In this document: positions 53,774 to 64,000 of the stretch, one piece after another
How the letters are laid out: every line of letters starts with the position of its first letter
Position numbering within the stretch: position 1 is the first letter of the stretch
Assembly: GCA_023205875.1 (NCBI GenBank)
Contig: CP060764.1
Span: 186,001 to 250,000, forward strand
Direction of reading: 5' to 3'
Length of the DNA stretch: 64,000 bases
From: Chloropicon primus
Taxonomy: Eukaryota
Notes under the pieces: generated by a model
Seen by the model: the letters and a program-made list of their open reading frames with translations, nothing else
Database searches by the model: none
What the model was told of the DNA's origin: nothing
Translations under genes and position numbers: made by a program

Positions 53774-55688
53774 CTACGACTCCGATGGAGTGCCAAGCTT
53801 CCTGGTGGGCCTGAAGGCAAAGCGGGAAGTCCCGCCATACTTTGCGATCTGGGCCTCGTTGATCTGGTTGTTGAGCCACTGGATCATTTGCTGGTTCTGG
53901 TCCAGCAGCTGCTTGGACTCCAGGAGCTTGTCCTTCTGGTCATCGCACGTTCTGCTTAGCGCAGACTTCTCGGCCTGCATCCCCTGGATCTGAGATTTGG
54001 AGATCATCTCATCCCTCTCGAGCTTGTCTACGGCGGACTGCTTCTCCTGCAGAAGGTGCTCTTGCTGGGTGATAACCTGGGACTTGAGCTTCATCTTCGC
54101 CCGGGACGACTTGAGGTCCTGCTGCAGCTTTTCGATGATCTGGTTGCCCTTGTTGACCTCCTGGGCGCTCAGGGACGACCTCTCTTCGGCCCTCGAGAGC
54201 GCCAGCTTCATCTCTGCAAAGGAGTCCTGCAGAGCGGCCGAGGACTGCTCCCCTGACTGCAGCTGGTCCTTCAGCGTCCTCACCAGCGCTTCCTTCTCCC
54301 TCATGCTGGCCTCCAAGCCCGCGACCTTCATCAGCAGCAGGTTGTTCTGCTTCTCCGCACCGTGCTTTCCAGAGTCCAACTCGAGGTTGCTCTGCTTCAG
54401 ATCGCTCTCCGAATCCCTCAGGAGCTTCAAGTCGCCCTCAAGGGACTCCACCTTGACGCCAAGCTCTCTCGACTTGGCGTCCAGGGAGAACTTCTCGTCC
54501 TGCAAGGTGGCCACCTTGTGCAGCAAGTCGGTGTTGCTGGCGGTGAGGGCGTCCTTCTCCGCCTTGAACTCGGCCTCCATGGCCCTCTTCTCCGCCTCGT
54601 ACTTGTCCCTCAACTCCGAAATCTCCCTCAGAAGCTCCTGCTTGCAATCGTTCAGCAGGCTCTGCTTCTCCGTCTCCCACCTCGAGGTTTGCTCCCTGCC
54701 GGTCAGCTGCTCGCTCGCCAGGGCTTCCGTGGCTTGCCTCAGCTCGCCGCTGAGCTTAGCCGTCGTGGCCTCCTCCGCCTTCAGGCTCGACTCCAGGGCC
54801 GACCTCGCCGCCCTGACCTCGCTCAGGCGTTGTGAGAGGTAGTCCTTGATCCTCGCGTCGTTGCCCGGCTGGAACTTCATGCTTATGTGGCACAGGTGCT
54901 TGAACTGGTTTGTCTCCACGATGCCGACCACGGACGTCGCCGAGTCAAAGGGGAGCGCCGAGGCCGCTTGGGAGTTGCCCTGCGAGCCGGAAGTGGAAGA
55001 CAACGAGTTGTGCTGCACCTCGGAGCTCGGCTTGGACGTGCTAAGAACGCAGAGGAACTTCGGATGGGCGTCCTGCTTCGCCTCGATGCAGTGCTCCAGC
55101 AGGGCGATCAGGTGAGAGGGAAAGTCCGTGAAGTCCACGAGTATGCTCTGGTCGTGCTTGAGCCTCTGGAACGAGTCCTCCGTCACCTCCAGCGAGTGCA
55201 AGAAGAAGCTGTCCTTCTCGCTCGTCACTTGAAGCTTCAGCACTTTGTCCACCTTCACCATATTGTGCCCATCCTGAGTCGTGCAAAGCGATATCCTGAA
55301 CCCGAGCTGCTCAACCCTCTCCTGCTTGTCAAACTCCTAAAAAAAACACAAATCCATCCATCGCCAACCAACCCAAACCACCCATGACGAAAAAACAAAA
55401 CGCTGTCAGGAAAACCATTCACAGGGGAGAGCGAGAAGGCGAACAGGACAGCGATAAACGGAAGAGAGCAACCCACAAAACAAAAACAAAAACAACCCCC
55501 CATCCATAAACCTCCATCCCTTCGTGTGCCCCCCCAAACATTACCTTGACGTGAACCGGAATGACTTGCTCGAAGAGTATCTCACTACTTGTCGTGGTCG
55601 GTCCCTGTCCAGCGTTTTGTCCGGCACTCCGCCCGTCCTCCGCATCGACGTAAGACGTCGTCGTCGTCGTCATGGTCGTCGTCGTCAT
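53774..55688 (-). CDS. SAS6: Centriole cartwheel protein SAS-6; 2 exons (55688-55545, 55336-53774)
   Basis: PISA-type head FFLHSLEVTEDSFQRLKHDQSILVDFTDFP, IVETNQFKHLCHISM, long coiled coil, EVNKGNQIIEKLQ, NQQMIQWLNNQINE. GTAAT...TTAG intron at 55544-55337. Confidence 0.9.
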
Positions 55689-56223
55689 GGTCGTCGTCGC
55701 TGCCTTTGTGGCTCCTCTCCTCTTTCGCCTTCGTGTTTGAATTACTGAAAAGCGGGAAAATTCCGTCGTAATGTCATGCACCGAACGAGAAAGAAGCGAG
55801 CGATCGCGATCAAAGCGATCCAAAAACGGAAGGGTGCCTTCGTTCGATCGATCGTCGCGATCGGGGGTGGAAGGGGAAAGCGATCGTGGGTCGGGGAGGT
55901 TGCGGTAGAGGGAGGGGAGAGGGACAGGGAGGTGGAGAGTCTCGAGGTCTTTCGATTGGTACCGGGATTGGCCCGTTTCGGGAAAGGGGGAGGGGGTAAC
56001 GATTGGTGGGTTTGTCGTTTGGCGGGAGACTGGTTTGTACGCGAGGGGCTGGGATTCGGAGGGGAGGGAACGAAGGTCTAGGGGGTGAGGAGGGGGGTGG
56101 AGGGGGTAGATCGAGAACTAATCTCGCGATCTTTCGAGTGACACCCCGCCTGATTCGTTTGGATCCCGTTGTCCTCCGGCGAAGACCTTTTTTCGGTTGG
56201 CGTTGCGTCTCGAGACGAGGGGG

Positions 56224-59200
56224 ATGGACATAACGTCTGCCGTGGTTCATCAACTCGCGGCGGAGGGAAAGGACGGGTAAGTCGAGTGCGAGTGGATCTT
56301 CAGGCCGATCATCCTGCCCGGTACTCGTTGCGACCTCTTTGCGAGCGAAGGGGACGGCCGAACTCGAAACCAGGCGTTTCTCCGAGTGGATTGCGGGGGT
56401 CTGACTCTAACCCCAATCGTCGTGGGGCTTTCTTCTGACCTTCTTCTTTCCTGCGCGCGTTCTACTTTTTCCAGGTGCACGCTGGTGGAGCTCTGGGCCC
56501 TTGCCGAGAAGTATGTCTTGCCGTGCCGCCCCACGAGCGAGGTCTCGGCACCGAAGAAGCAGTTGTTCGCCGACCTGTTGGAGCGGTCGGAAGTCGAGTT
56601 TTTGGACAAGGCGGGCGCCCAAGTGCTTCGAAAGGCCTTGAAACGCGGCGGCCCTGCGGATGACCCCCTCTCTCAACTCGTTGGGCGCGCGGGGGAGCTG
56701 CGCGTGGCTTGCACAGAGAACAGGAGACAGATTTGCCTTCTCGATGGCAGAGTCACTCTGTTCCACGTGCTGAACGACACGGACAAGAAGTTCCTCGAGG
56801 TCCTCGGAAAGAAGAGGAATGAGGGCGTCCTGATGAAGAACTTCGAGGAGCACACAAAAGTCTCCCAGCACATGGCTTACGCCACAATACAAAAGCTCGA
56901 GGAGTACGGCCTCGTCGTGACTCGCTCAGTTCTTCTTGTGGAGGACAAAAAGGATTCGAGGGTGTCGACGCAGCCCAACAAGGTCATTTACCTGCCTTGC
57001 TTCGTGCCCCAGGAGGGAACAGTTTATGGGGAGAGGCCTGACCTCAAACCCACCTTCACGGACTCGGAGAAGGGCCAAGCGATCAAGGAGGAGGCCATCG
57101 AGATGCTCAAGGTTGCTCCCAATCACGTCCTTCGGTCCTATGAGCTCCGACAGTACTTCAATGTCAAGCAGTCTATCTGGAAGAACTTGGTTTCTAGCTG
57201 GTTAAAAGACAAGCTTGTGGAAGAGTGCTACGTCCGAAAGGGAGAGAAAAGGACCGCCCTGTGCTTGAAGCTGTGCGACACAAAGAAAAGCGGCGGAGAG
57301 GAGGCTGCATCCAAGTGTTCAGGCACCCACGTCTTTGCAGAGTCATACCCTTTGATGGACGTGATGCACTTGGTGAAAGAGAGTGCCTCCGAAGGGGTTG
57401 ACGGGATTGAAGCGGAGCTGAAGTGCTGGCTAAACGGCAAGACGAAAAACAAGCTTTTCAAGTCTTTGGAAGATCAGAAGCTTCTGACCAAAGAGAAGGT
57501 TTTGACGGGGAGGGCAGTGGGGTGGAAATACAAGCTAGCTGGAGTGAAGACGGAACCCGATGTGCGGCTTGATCCAATGATATCGGACAAGGGACTGACA
57601 AAACAAAACAGGCTGAGAATGTCGTTCCTCCTGAATTTGCTCAAGGACAGGGAGTTCGTGTTCCTGAGCCAACTGCGAGAGCTATACCAACAACACGTGG
57701 AAGCGTCTGGCCTCAAAGATGAGGCAGACATATTCGCCGACAGAAAGAGTGCGAGGAAGGCAGTGGCTGAGCTAGAGAAGAAGGGCCGCTGCCACCTTCA
57801 CCCTGTGAACCTATTCCGCAAAACTACGATGGCAGGACACGAGTCCAAGGTCGTCCTTAGGCAGGGCTTGGAGTTTGACGACGCTATGCGTAAAAAGGTA
57901 GAGGCCGTAGCGAATGAGAAAACCTCGTTCGCTTCGTTGGCAAAGAAGAACGAGATGAAGGTGACGCAGTTCGATGAAGTCATGGAAGTCGATAGCATTT
58001 CCCACCTTATCAACAAGGACAAGCCAGGGAAGCCGGGGCTCTTGAATGCTGAGCAAGGGAAGCCTGATGTTCCAAAGAAGGAGGAAACCGCTGAAGGAGA
58101 GAAGAAGGGTGGGGTGTGCAGGGGCAACATTCGACCGGTACAGAGGAAGTCTGAGTATTGGAAGACCCCGGTTCGAAGGCTGCATGGAATGATAAGCGGA
58201 AGCGTAGCAAGGGCAAAAGCAGTGCATGGACACTTGTGGGCGTTGCAGCATGCTCGCGGATCCGAGATCTTGGATTTGAAGAAGAGTGCCACAGACATGA
58301 CAGTCGAGCAGTATACCAGATTGATCGGAATCTACAAGGTCCCACAGGAAGTGCTGAAGGAGGAGTACTCGTCCTCAACAAGAATATCTGAGTTCCCCTC
58401 CGCGTGCCAGGAGGTGTTGCTCAACAAGGAGAGCCAGAATCTGTACATGAGTGCGATCAGGGTGCTCACTACGTTTGGTCTGTTGCGCTGGTACATTAAC
58501 ATGGAAAGCGACGAACTGAACCCCAAACTGGACCCCTACGTGATTGTGAGCAAGTCCGCGCACATCAGAATTGGTGAGGACCTGCCGTCATTCAGTGAGC
58601 AAGATTTTGGATTTGCGATTCGAAAGCGAGAGCGTCTCGAGCAAGCAGAGGAGGTTGAATTTGCTTTAGAGACTGAGGACCAGTGTGAAGCTTATTGGAA
58701 CTGCCTCGAAAGGACGTTCCGGAAATCAAAATTTGACGCGTGCAAGCGTGCTGGGCTCTTCCCGGCATCTGAACACAAAGGCGTTTGCATGGATCAGAAG
58801 TGGGCAGAGTCGCTGTTGAGCTCAACGAAGTTGACGCTCAGGATTAGGGCTGGCCTTATGCAAGACCTCAGCAAAATCCCTCGAGAAGAAGATCTGCTTC
58901 GATCCACGAGCACCCTCGTCGCAAAATATGGCGTCGACGAAGAGATCGTGACTGAATTCGCCAGGTCTTGGGGTGTGATATACCGCAAGTTGCCCGGAAA
59001 GAAACGACGGAAGAGGGGCGAGAAAGAGAAGGCTCCGGCCCCGGCAATGAGGAGATACACGGAATCGGAGGACGCAAACCTTGTCGTTGCATTTGCGACT
59101 GCCCTGGTCCTTCAAGGTGGGGACGCGAAGAAGATACAGTGGGGGGAGATTTCTTGGATCCCGAATGATATCAGGTCGTCGCTCTCGAAGCGGCTAACCA

Positions 59201-59934
59201 AGCTGAGGAAAAACGAAACGATCGCTTCCAAGCTCCAAGAGATCAGTCACTACTGCATTCAGAACGACAAGGAGAGAGTGAACATGCTGGTGGACACGGG
59301 CGCAGGGCAACTTGAGAACTACCCGGAAAGGCTGAGGAAGCTCGTCAGGAGAGATAACAAGCTCGGGCTTGGTCTGAAGTCCCTTGGAGAGGACTTCGCA
59401 TTGGGGTGGTTCAAGTTGCTGGAAGAGCTGCAGAAAGTGGTCCAGCAAGAGGTTGCTGAGATGATGAGGGTGAAGGATGCCGCAGAGAGCGCGAGGAGGG
59501 AGGCCAAGGAGAGGAAGAGGCTGAGCGCGCAGCAGAGCACGCAGAGGAAATCAGTGCAGGCATCGAAGAAGAGGAGAAGGGCCACCGCTGCTGGGGTGCA
59601 GCAGCAGCAGCAGCACGTTCCGATGAAGTTTGAGGCGCTCCCGACGATCAACTTCTTGAACACCCACTTCCACACCTTCATGAATGATGGCCAGATTGCT
59701 CCTCCGGACACGCGCTGCGTGGTCCACAAGATGGTTCCCAGGGCGGAGGGAGGGGAGGAGGGGAGACTTCTCTCGTTCTTGTACCTCAAGCCGGGCGTGA
59801 GAGAGAGCGCCGTAACGGACCACTTTGGGGGGGACGTGGATTCCACAAGGAAACTCCTCTCCTCGTGCGTCTCCAGCGGCTTGGTGAAGGAGGTCGCCTC
59901 CTCCAAGGGCACGATGCACTACTTCCTCGCGTGA
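56224..59934 (+). CDS. GTF3C1: TFIIIC B-block-binding subunit (GTF3C1/Tfc3-like); 2 exons (56224-56276, 56475-59934)
   Basis: Spliced N-terminus MDITSAVVHQLAAEGKDGCTLVELW resembles the family start (ALEG.DG....LW). B-block winged helix LEVLGKKRNEGVL...KLEEYGLV; DRKSARK; Myb-like RYTESED. Confidence 0.75.
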
Positions 59935-60199
59935 GGGAACACACGGCGACGGCGGGCGCTCGGCTTTTGTATACAGTAGAAATAGAAGGAGAGCTTTTTG
60001 TTGTAATGTAGATGTTGTGTACTTGTTTTTTGTAGATGCCCGAGCTCTTCAGCAGTGTGTGTGCGTGTGTGGTGTGTGAGAGAGAGGCCCCCAAACAAAG
60101 CGGTGGTGCTCTATAAAGTTATAAAGGTACTATTTCAAGTGAGCGTTCTGTGGTTTTTGTGCTAAGGTTTAAAAAAAAACCACAGGGACCCGTTTTCGT

Positions 60200-61030
60200 T
60201 TAGTACATGGGTGGGAGCTCCTTGGCGGCAGTCGATGGTCCTCCGAGGAAGTCCGTGTACTCCTGGTATGGAGCCTTAGCGAACCTAGTCTCCTTCCAGA
60301 GCTCTGGCGTGAGGAAGGTGTAAGTGTTCTTGACGGCCTCGAAGGTCGCCTTGATGAAGTTACCCATGGTCTTGGTGGTACCGCGAGAGCAGGTGTATAC
60401 GTCCTCGATACCCGCCATCTTAAGAATCTTCTTTGGAGCCATCGAGGCAACGAGTCCGGCTCCCTTTGGAGCAGGAATCAGACGCACGGAGACCGACCCG
60501 CACTTTCCGTGAACCTTGGTTGGCACGGTGTGCACCTTTCCGATCTTGTTACCCCAGTATCCCCTTCTAACTGGTACCATGGACAACTTGGCCGCGATGA
60601 TGGCTCCACGAATGGCGGTGGCAACCTCCTTGGCGCACTTGACGCCCAAGCCCAAGTGTCCGTTCTCATCTCCGACGGCGACGAAGGCCTTGAAACGAGT
60701 TCTCTGACCGGCACTGGTCTGCTTCTGCACTGGCATGATTTTCATGACCTCGTCCTTCAGCTGGGATCCCAAAAAGTAGTCGATGATCTGGTACTCCTTG
60801 ATTGGCATGGAGAACAAGTAAATCTGCTCGAGGGACTTGATCTTTCCGCTCTGGACAAGTCTACCAAGCTTGGTCACAGGGACCCACCTGTCCTCCTCAT
60901 CCTTCCTTCCTCTTCCACGACCACCGCGTCCACCCCTTCCACCTCTTCCACCACGTCCGCCTCTTCCCCTGTCGCCGAAGCCGCGACCGAACCCTCCGCG
61001 TCCTCCTTCCCTCTTTGGTGCGTCCGCCAT
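60200..61030 (-). CDS. RPS2: 40S ribosomal protein S2 (uS5)
   Basis: RGG-rich N-terminus, [43 protein letters not shown]. Confidence 0.97.
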   Translation of the reverse strand: MADAPKREGGRGGFGRGFGDRGRGGRGGRGGRGGRGGRGRGRKDEEDRWVPVTKLGRLVQSGKIKSLEQIYLFSMPIKEYQIIDYFLGSQLKDEVMKIMPVQKQTSAGQRTRFKAFVAVGDENGHLGLGVKCAKEVATAIRGAIIAAKLSMVPVRRGYWGNKIGKVHTVPTKVHGKCGSVSVRLIPAPKGAGLVASMAPKKILKMAGIEDVYTCSRGTTKTMGNFIKATFEAVKNTYTFLTPELWKETRFAKAPYQEYTDFLGGPSTAAKELPPMY

Positions 61031-61639
61031 GATCACAAACAAAACCCTCTCTCTCTCTCTTGCGCCTCCTCCGCTTTTGTGTTGTGTTTTGCTTTCCTCT
61101 TCTTCGCTCCTCCGCCGCCGCCACGAAATATTCTAACAACGACGTGTACATAAGAAACGTCTAGGACGAATTGAAAACGTGTTCTACCAACTAGTATTTG
61201 CTTTGGTGTAGATGTATCGTGTTCTTTTTATAACGTATATCGTAGGTACGTGTATTGTGGAATGACCGCCGTCAATTCTCTGGAGAGTAGAAATTCCATC
61301 TTGGGGATTTCATCTTGGTTTACACCTATTCATGACCTCTACCGTGAAATGGTAAAGTAGTAGTACTGAATTTCATTTCTTTCGGAGCTTTTGCTTTGGG
61401 GGGTCGGCGACGAGGTAGGGGTCGTTGTCTTGGGTTTTTTCGATCCGTTTCGGTCGTATACGCGAGAAGAAGGGGTGACCATCGGATGCCTCCCGTCTTT
61501 CTCTTTCTTTGGATCCCTTCCTTGCAAAGTTTCACCCATGGATGAGGATGGCACGACCGAATGCTTTTCGTTTTTGACTCCAAGGCCCCTCCTGACTCCA
61601 GCACTGCACCACTAGTTGTGATTTCCTTCCTTGGAGTAG

Positions 61640-62298
61640 ATGGCGGGATGGTGGGTGGGTCGAGTGGCGAGGGCATCGGCGTGGATCCTTCCCGTCGCCG
61701 CCTTCGCGGATTACGTCGGCACGGTCGAGAGGGTTCCGGATGATACCATGGCTCCCTCCCTTGGACCCGAACCCACGATCGTGTGGGTCGATAAATTCTT
61801 CTGCACACGGAAGTGGCTTGGGAATGACAGGATCGACAGGAGTCTGAGGGGTCAGGTGGTGTACTCAAAGTCTCCCCTCGCGCCGGACGAGTACATGATC
61901 CGTAGGGTCGTTGGGCTTCCAGGGGATTGGGTATCCTCATCGTCGTCGTCGTCGTCGTCCTGCTCGACGGAGGGAGGAGGAGGGAAGCGGGTTCACGTCG
62001 GGCAGGGGCAGATCTGGGTGGAGGGCGACAACCGGAATCCATCCGCCACGGAAGACTGTGATTCGAAGTTCACCTCGGGCTTGGTGAGTCAACCTTCGTT
62101 TTTTCCTCTGAGGCGACGCCAGCCAACTGACTCTCGTCTCGCGTCTCCTCTTTTGCCGTTCAGATCCCTTTCGGCCTGGTTCAGGGGCAGGTCACGAGGG
62201 TCGTGTGGCCCCCGAGTCGAATGGACAGGGTGCGGGACAAGATCGACTTGACGAGGTCCTTCCCCGTGGGCCACGGGCACAGGGACGACCACGCATGA
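61640..62298 (+). CDS. Mitochondrial inner membrane peptidase (IMP1/IMP2, S26 family)-like protein; 2 exons (61640-62083, 62164-62298)
   Basis: TMAPSL, RGQVVY..SP..P, IRRVVGLPGD, GQIWVEGDN, then after the GTGAGT...CAG intron IPFGLVQG...VVWPPSR. Confidence 0.82.
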
Positions 62299-62471
62299 CA
62301 ACCATGCGTGACGATCACGCGTGACGAGAGCAGAGCAGAGCAGAGCAGAGAGCAGTGCCAGATCGATCGTCGCGTCGACGAGAATATACAATAGTCATTA
62401 TTACCAACGTGTTTACGTTCCTTTTGTAACAGTATTTGTGCACAACAGGACAACGTGGGTTTGGGCGCCCT

Positions 62472-63738
62472 TCACTCCTCGTCCTCGTCCTCCGCAAAGG
62501 CGGAGAAAACAGAGAGCTGAGGCCTCTGCACGGCGGAGAACTGCTTGAATTCCGGGTCCGCGATCTGAGGGTGCCGGAGAACCACGTAGGCGGCTAGGTT
62601 GTAGGTCCTCTCGTCCGGCTCGGCGAACTGGGGGTAGTCCGGAGCGCTGAAGACGGTGACCAGCTTCCCTGATTTTCCCTCGTGGTCAACGGAATAACCC
62701 CCGATAAGAGTTTTCATGTCCTCGCGGTACATGCGGGCGTCCGGCCCCTCGTGTGATCTGATAATCAGCTTGAGCTTGTTCTCCTTGAGGAACTGCTCGG
62801 TTACGTCCGGGCCGAAGAGGAGCCCGATCCCCCTGTTCTCGTTAGGGGCGAGACCTTTGTCCGGCTGTGGATCGCTCCAAAGGACGTCCGTGGAGATGAG
62901 TTGAGACGGCACGAAGTTGTCGGGGTCGAAGCCACCTTTGGACGCCGACCGCAGCTGGCCCATGTTCCCCACCTTCATCTTGTTCTTGTGCCAGTGCTTG
63001 CGCTTCTTCGCCTTGTGCCCCTTGCCCCCCTTGCTCGGCGCGGGGTCGCGGAAGAGGCCGCCGTGGGCGACATAGACCTGGTCCTCGATCACGGCACAGA
63101 GGGGAAGGTTCGCGAACACGCCCTCGCACAACTTGTACACCCTCTCCCAGTTGGAATCCGGGTACTTGAGGCCAAGCTCCTTGTAGAACCCGTAAGCTTG
63201 CGTGCACGAGGAGGACTCGTGGTTCCCCCTCGTCAGGAACACGCTGTCTGGATAGCACAGCTGTTACGGAGAGCAGGAGCAGAGGTTGTGGTGAGTTAGC
63301 CGGGCAGGATGGGAGTCAGCCAGGGTCAAGGAACAACGAAGAAGAAGAAGAACCCTCTCTTACCTTCCAGCTCAGCAGCGTGCTCAGCACCTCCACGCCC
63401 CAGTAGCCTCTGTCCACGAAGTCCCCGTTGAAAAGGAAGAGGTTCTTCTCCGACGGCCGTCCAGCGCTCCCGAGGAGGGTGAGAACGTCGTGGAACTGCC
63501 CGTGCGTGTCCCCCACGATGTTGATCTTCCCGTCCTTGGGAACCTCGATGTCCACCACCGTGGGCTCCTTCCTCAGCAGAGCCTGACAGTCCTTGAGAAG
63601 TTTGGACAAGAGTCTGGTGGGGAAGACGTCCTCGAGGGAGCACTCCTGCCGCCAAGTCGCCTTCTCCAGCACCTCCATCATCGCCTCCACCCACTCGGGC
63701 GTCACCTCATCCCCGTAGCTCTTGATCGTCAAGGTCAT
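62472..63738 (-). CDS. PP7: Ser/Thr protein phosphatase 7 (PPP family); 2 exons (63738-63364, 63260-62472)
   Basis: GDTHGQ, GDFVDRG, RGNHE, HGGL, LWSDP, and PP7-type RSHEGPDAR and SAPDYPQF. GTAAG...ACAG intron at 63363-63261. Confidence 0.9.
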
Positions 63739-64000
63739 GGCGCCACCAGCTGCGCACAGTGCTTGGGGAGCAACGAGCGTGCGTTAGTCACAACATCCTT
63801 ACTTGTCGTCCATTTCTTTCAACCAAGGGCTCTTTCGAAAGAGGTTGAAACGATTGTGAAACGTGCGGACTCTCCCGACGCTTCTCCCGTCCTCAAACTC
63901 ACCTCCCTCGTCCCCGCTCCGCTCTCTCTCTCCACCGCCGAGCAGCTGCTCTCCGATTGATTTTAAAGAAAAGACAGACGTTTTGGTGGGAGCTGCTGGG

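Noticed and set aside
61150..61620. AT-richer spacer between RPS2 and the IMP-like gene as a snoRNA or tRNA locus
   Set aside because: No convincing C/D or H/ACA boxes or cloverleaf seen; an Infernal/Rfam scan would be needed.

Overview
Gene-dense, GC-rich eukaryotic nuclear DNA with few short GT-AG introns, microsatellite-rich spacers and TGTAA poly(A)-type signals. A nuclear-encoded plastid sigma factor, GPAT9, plant-type cytosolic pyruvate kinase and PP7 point to a compact-genome green alga (chlorophyte; a Chloropicon-like picoalga is my inference, not verified). About 29 protein-coding genes are supported, several rebuilt here by splicing. I found no rRNA, tRNA, CRISPR or transposon. Highlights: (1) a class C (GABA-B/mGluR-type) 7TM receptor whose Venus flytrap is replaced by LamG, cadherin/Ig-like and discoidin-like domains; (2) an acyl-lipid neighbourhood (GPAT9, two LACS, a double-domain ACBP head-to-head with an animal-type FABP-like protein bearing an FFAT-like motif, and a membrane lipocalin); (3) a roughly 1.4 kb gene-free AT-rich island, a candidate centromere; (4) an EGF-ectodomain ABCG with near-identical NBDs and a 1.92 kb tandem duplication carrying a 1-bp frameshift; (5) a hidden MGCFFSK acylation exon on a nucleoside monophosphate kinase next to SAS-6. 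All family calls come from motif recognition by eye; no database searches were run.
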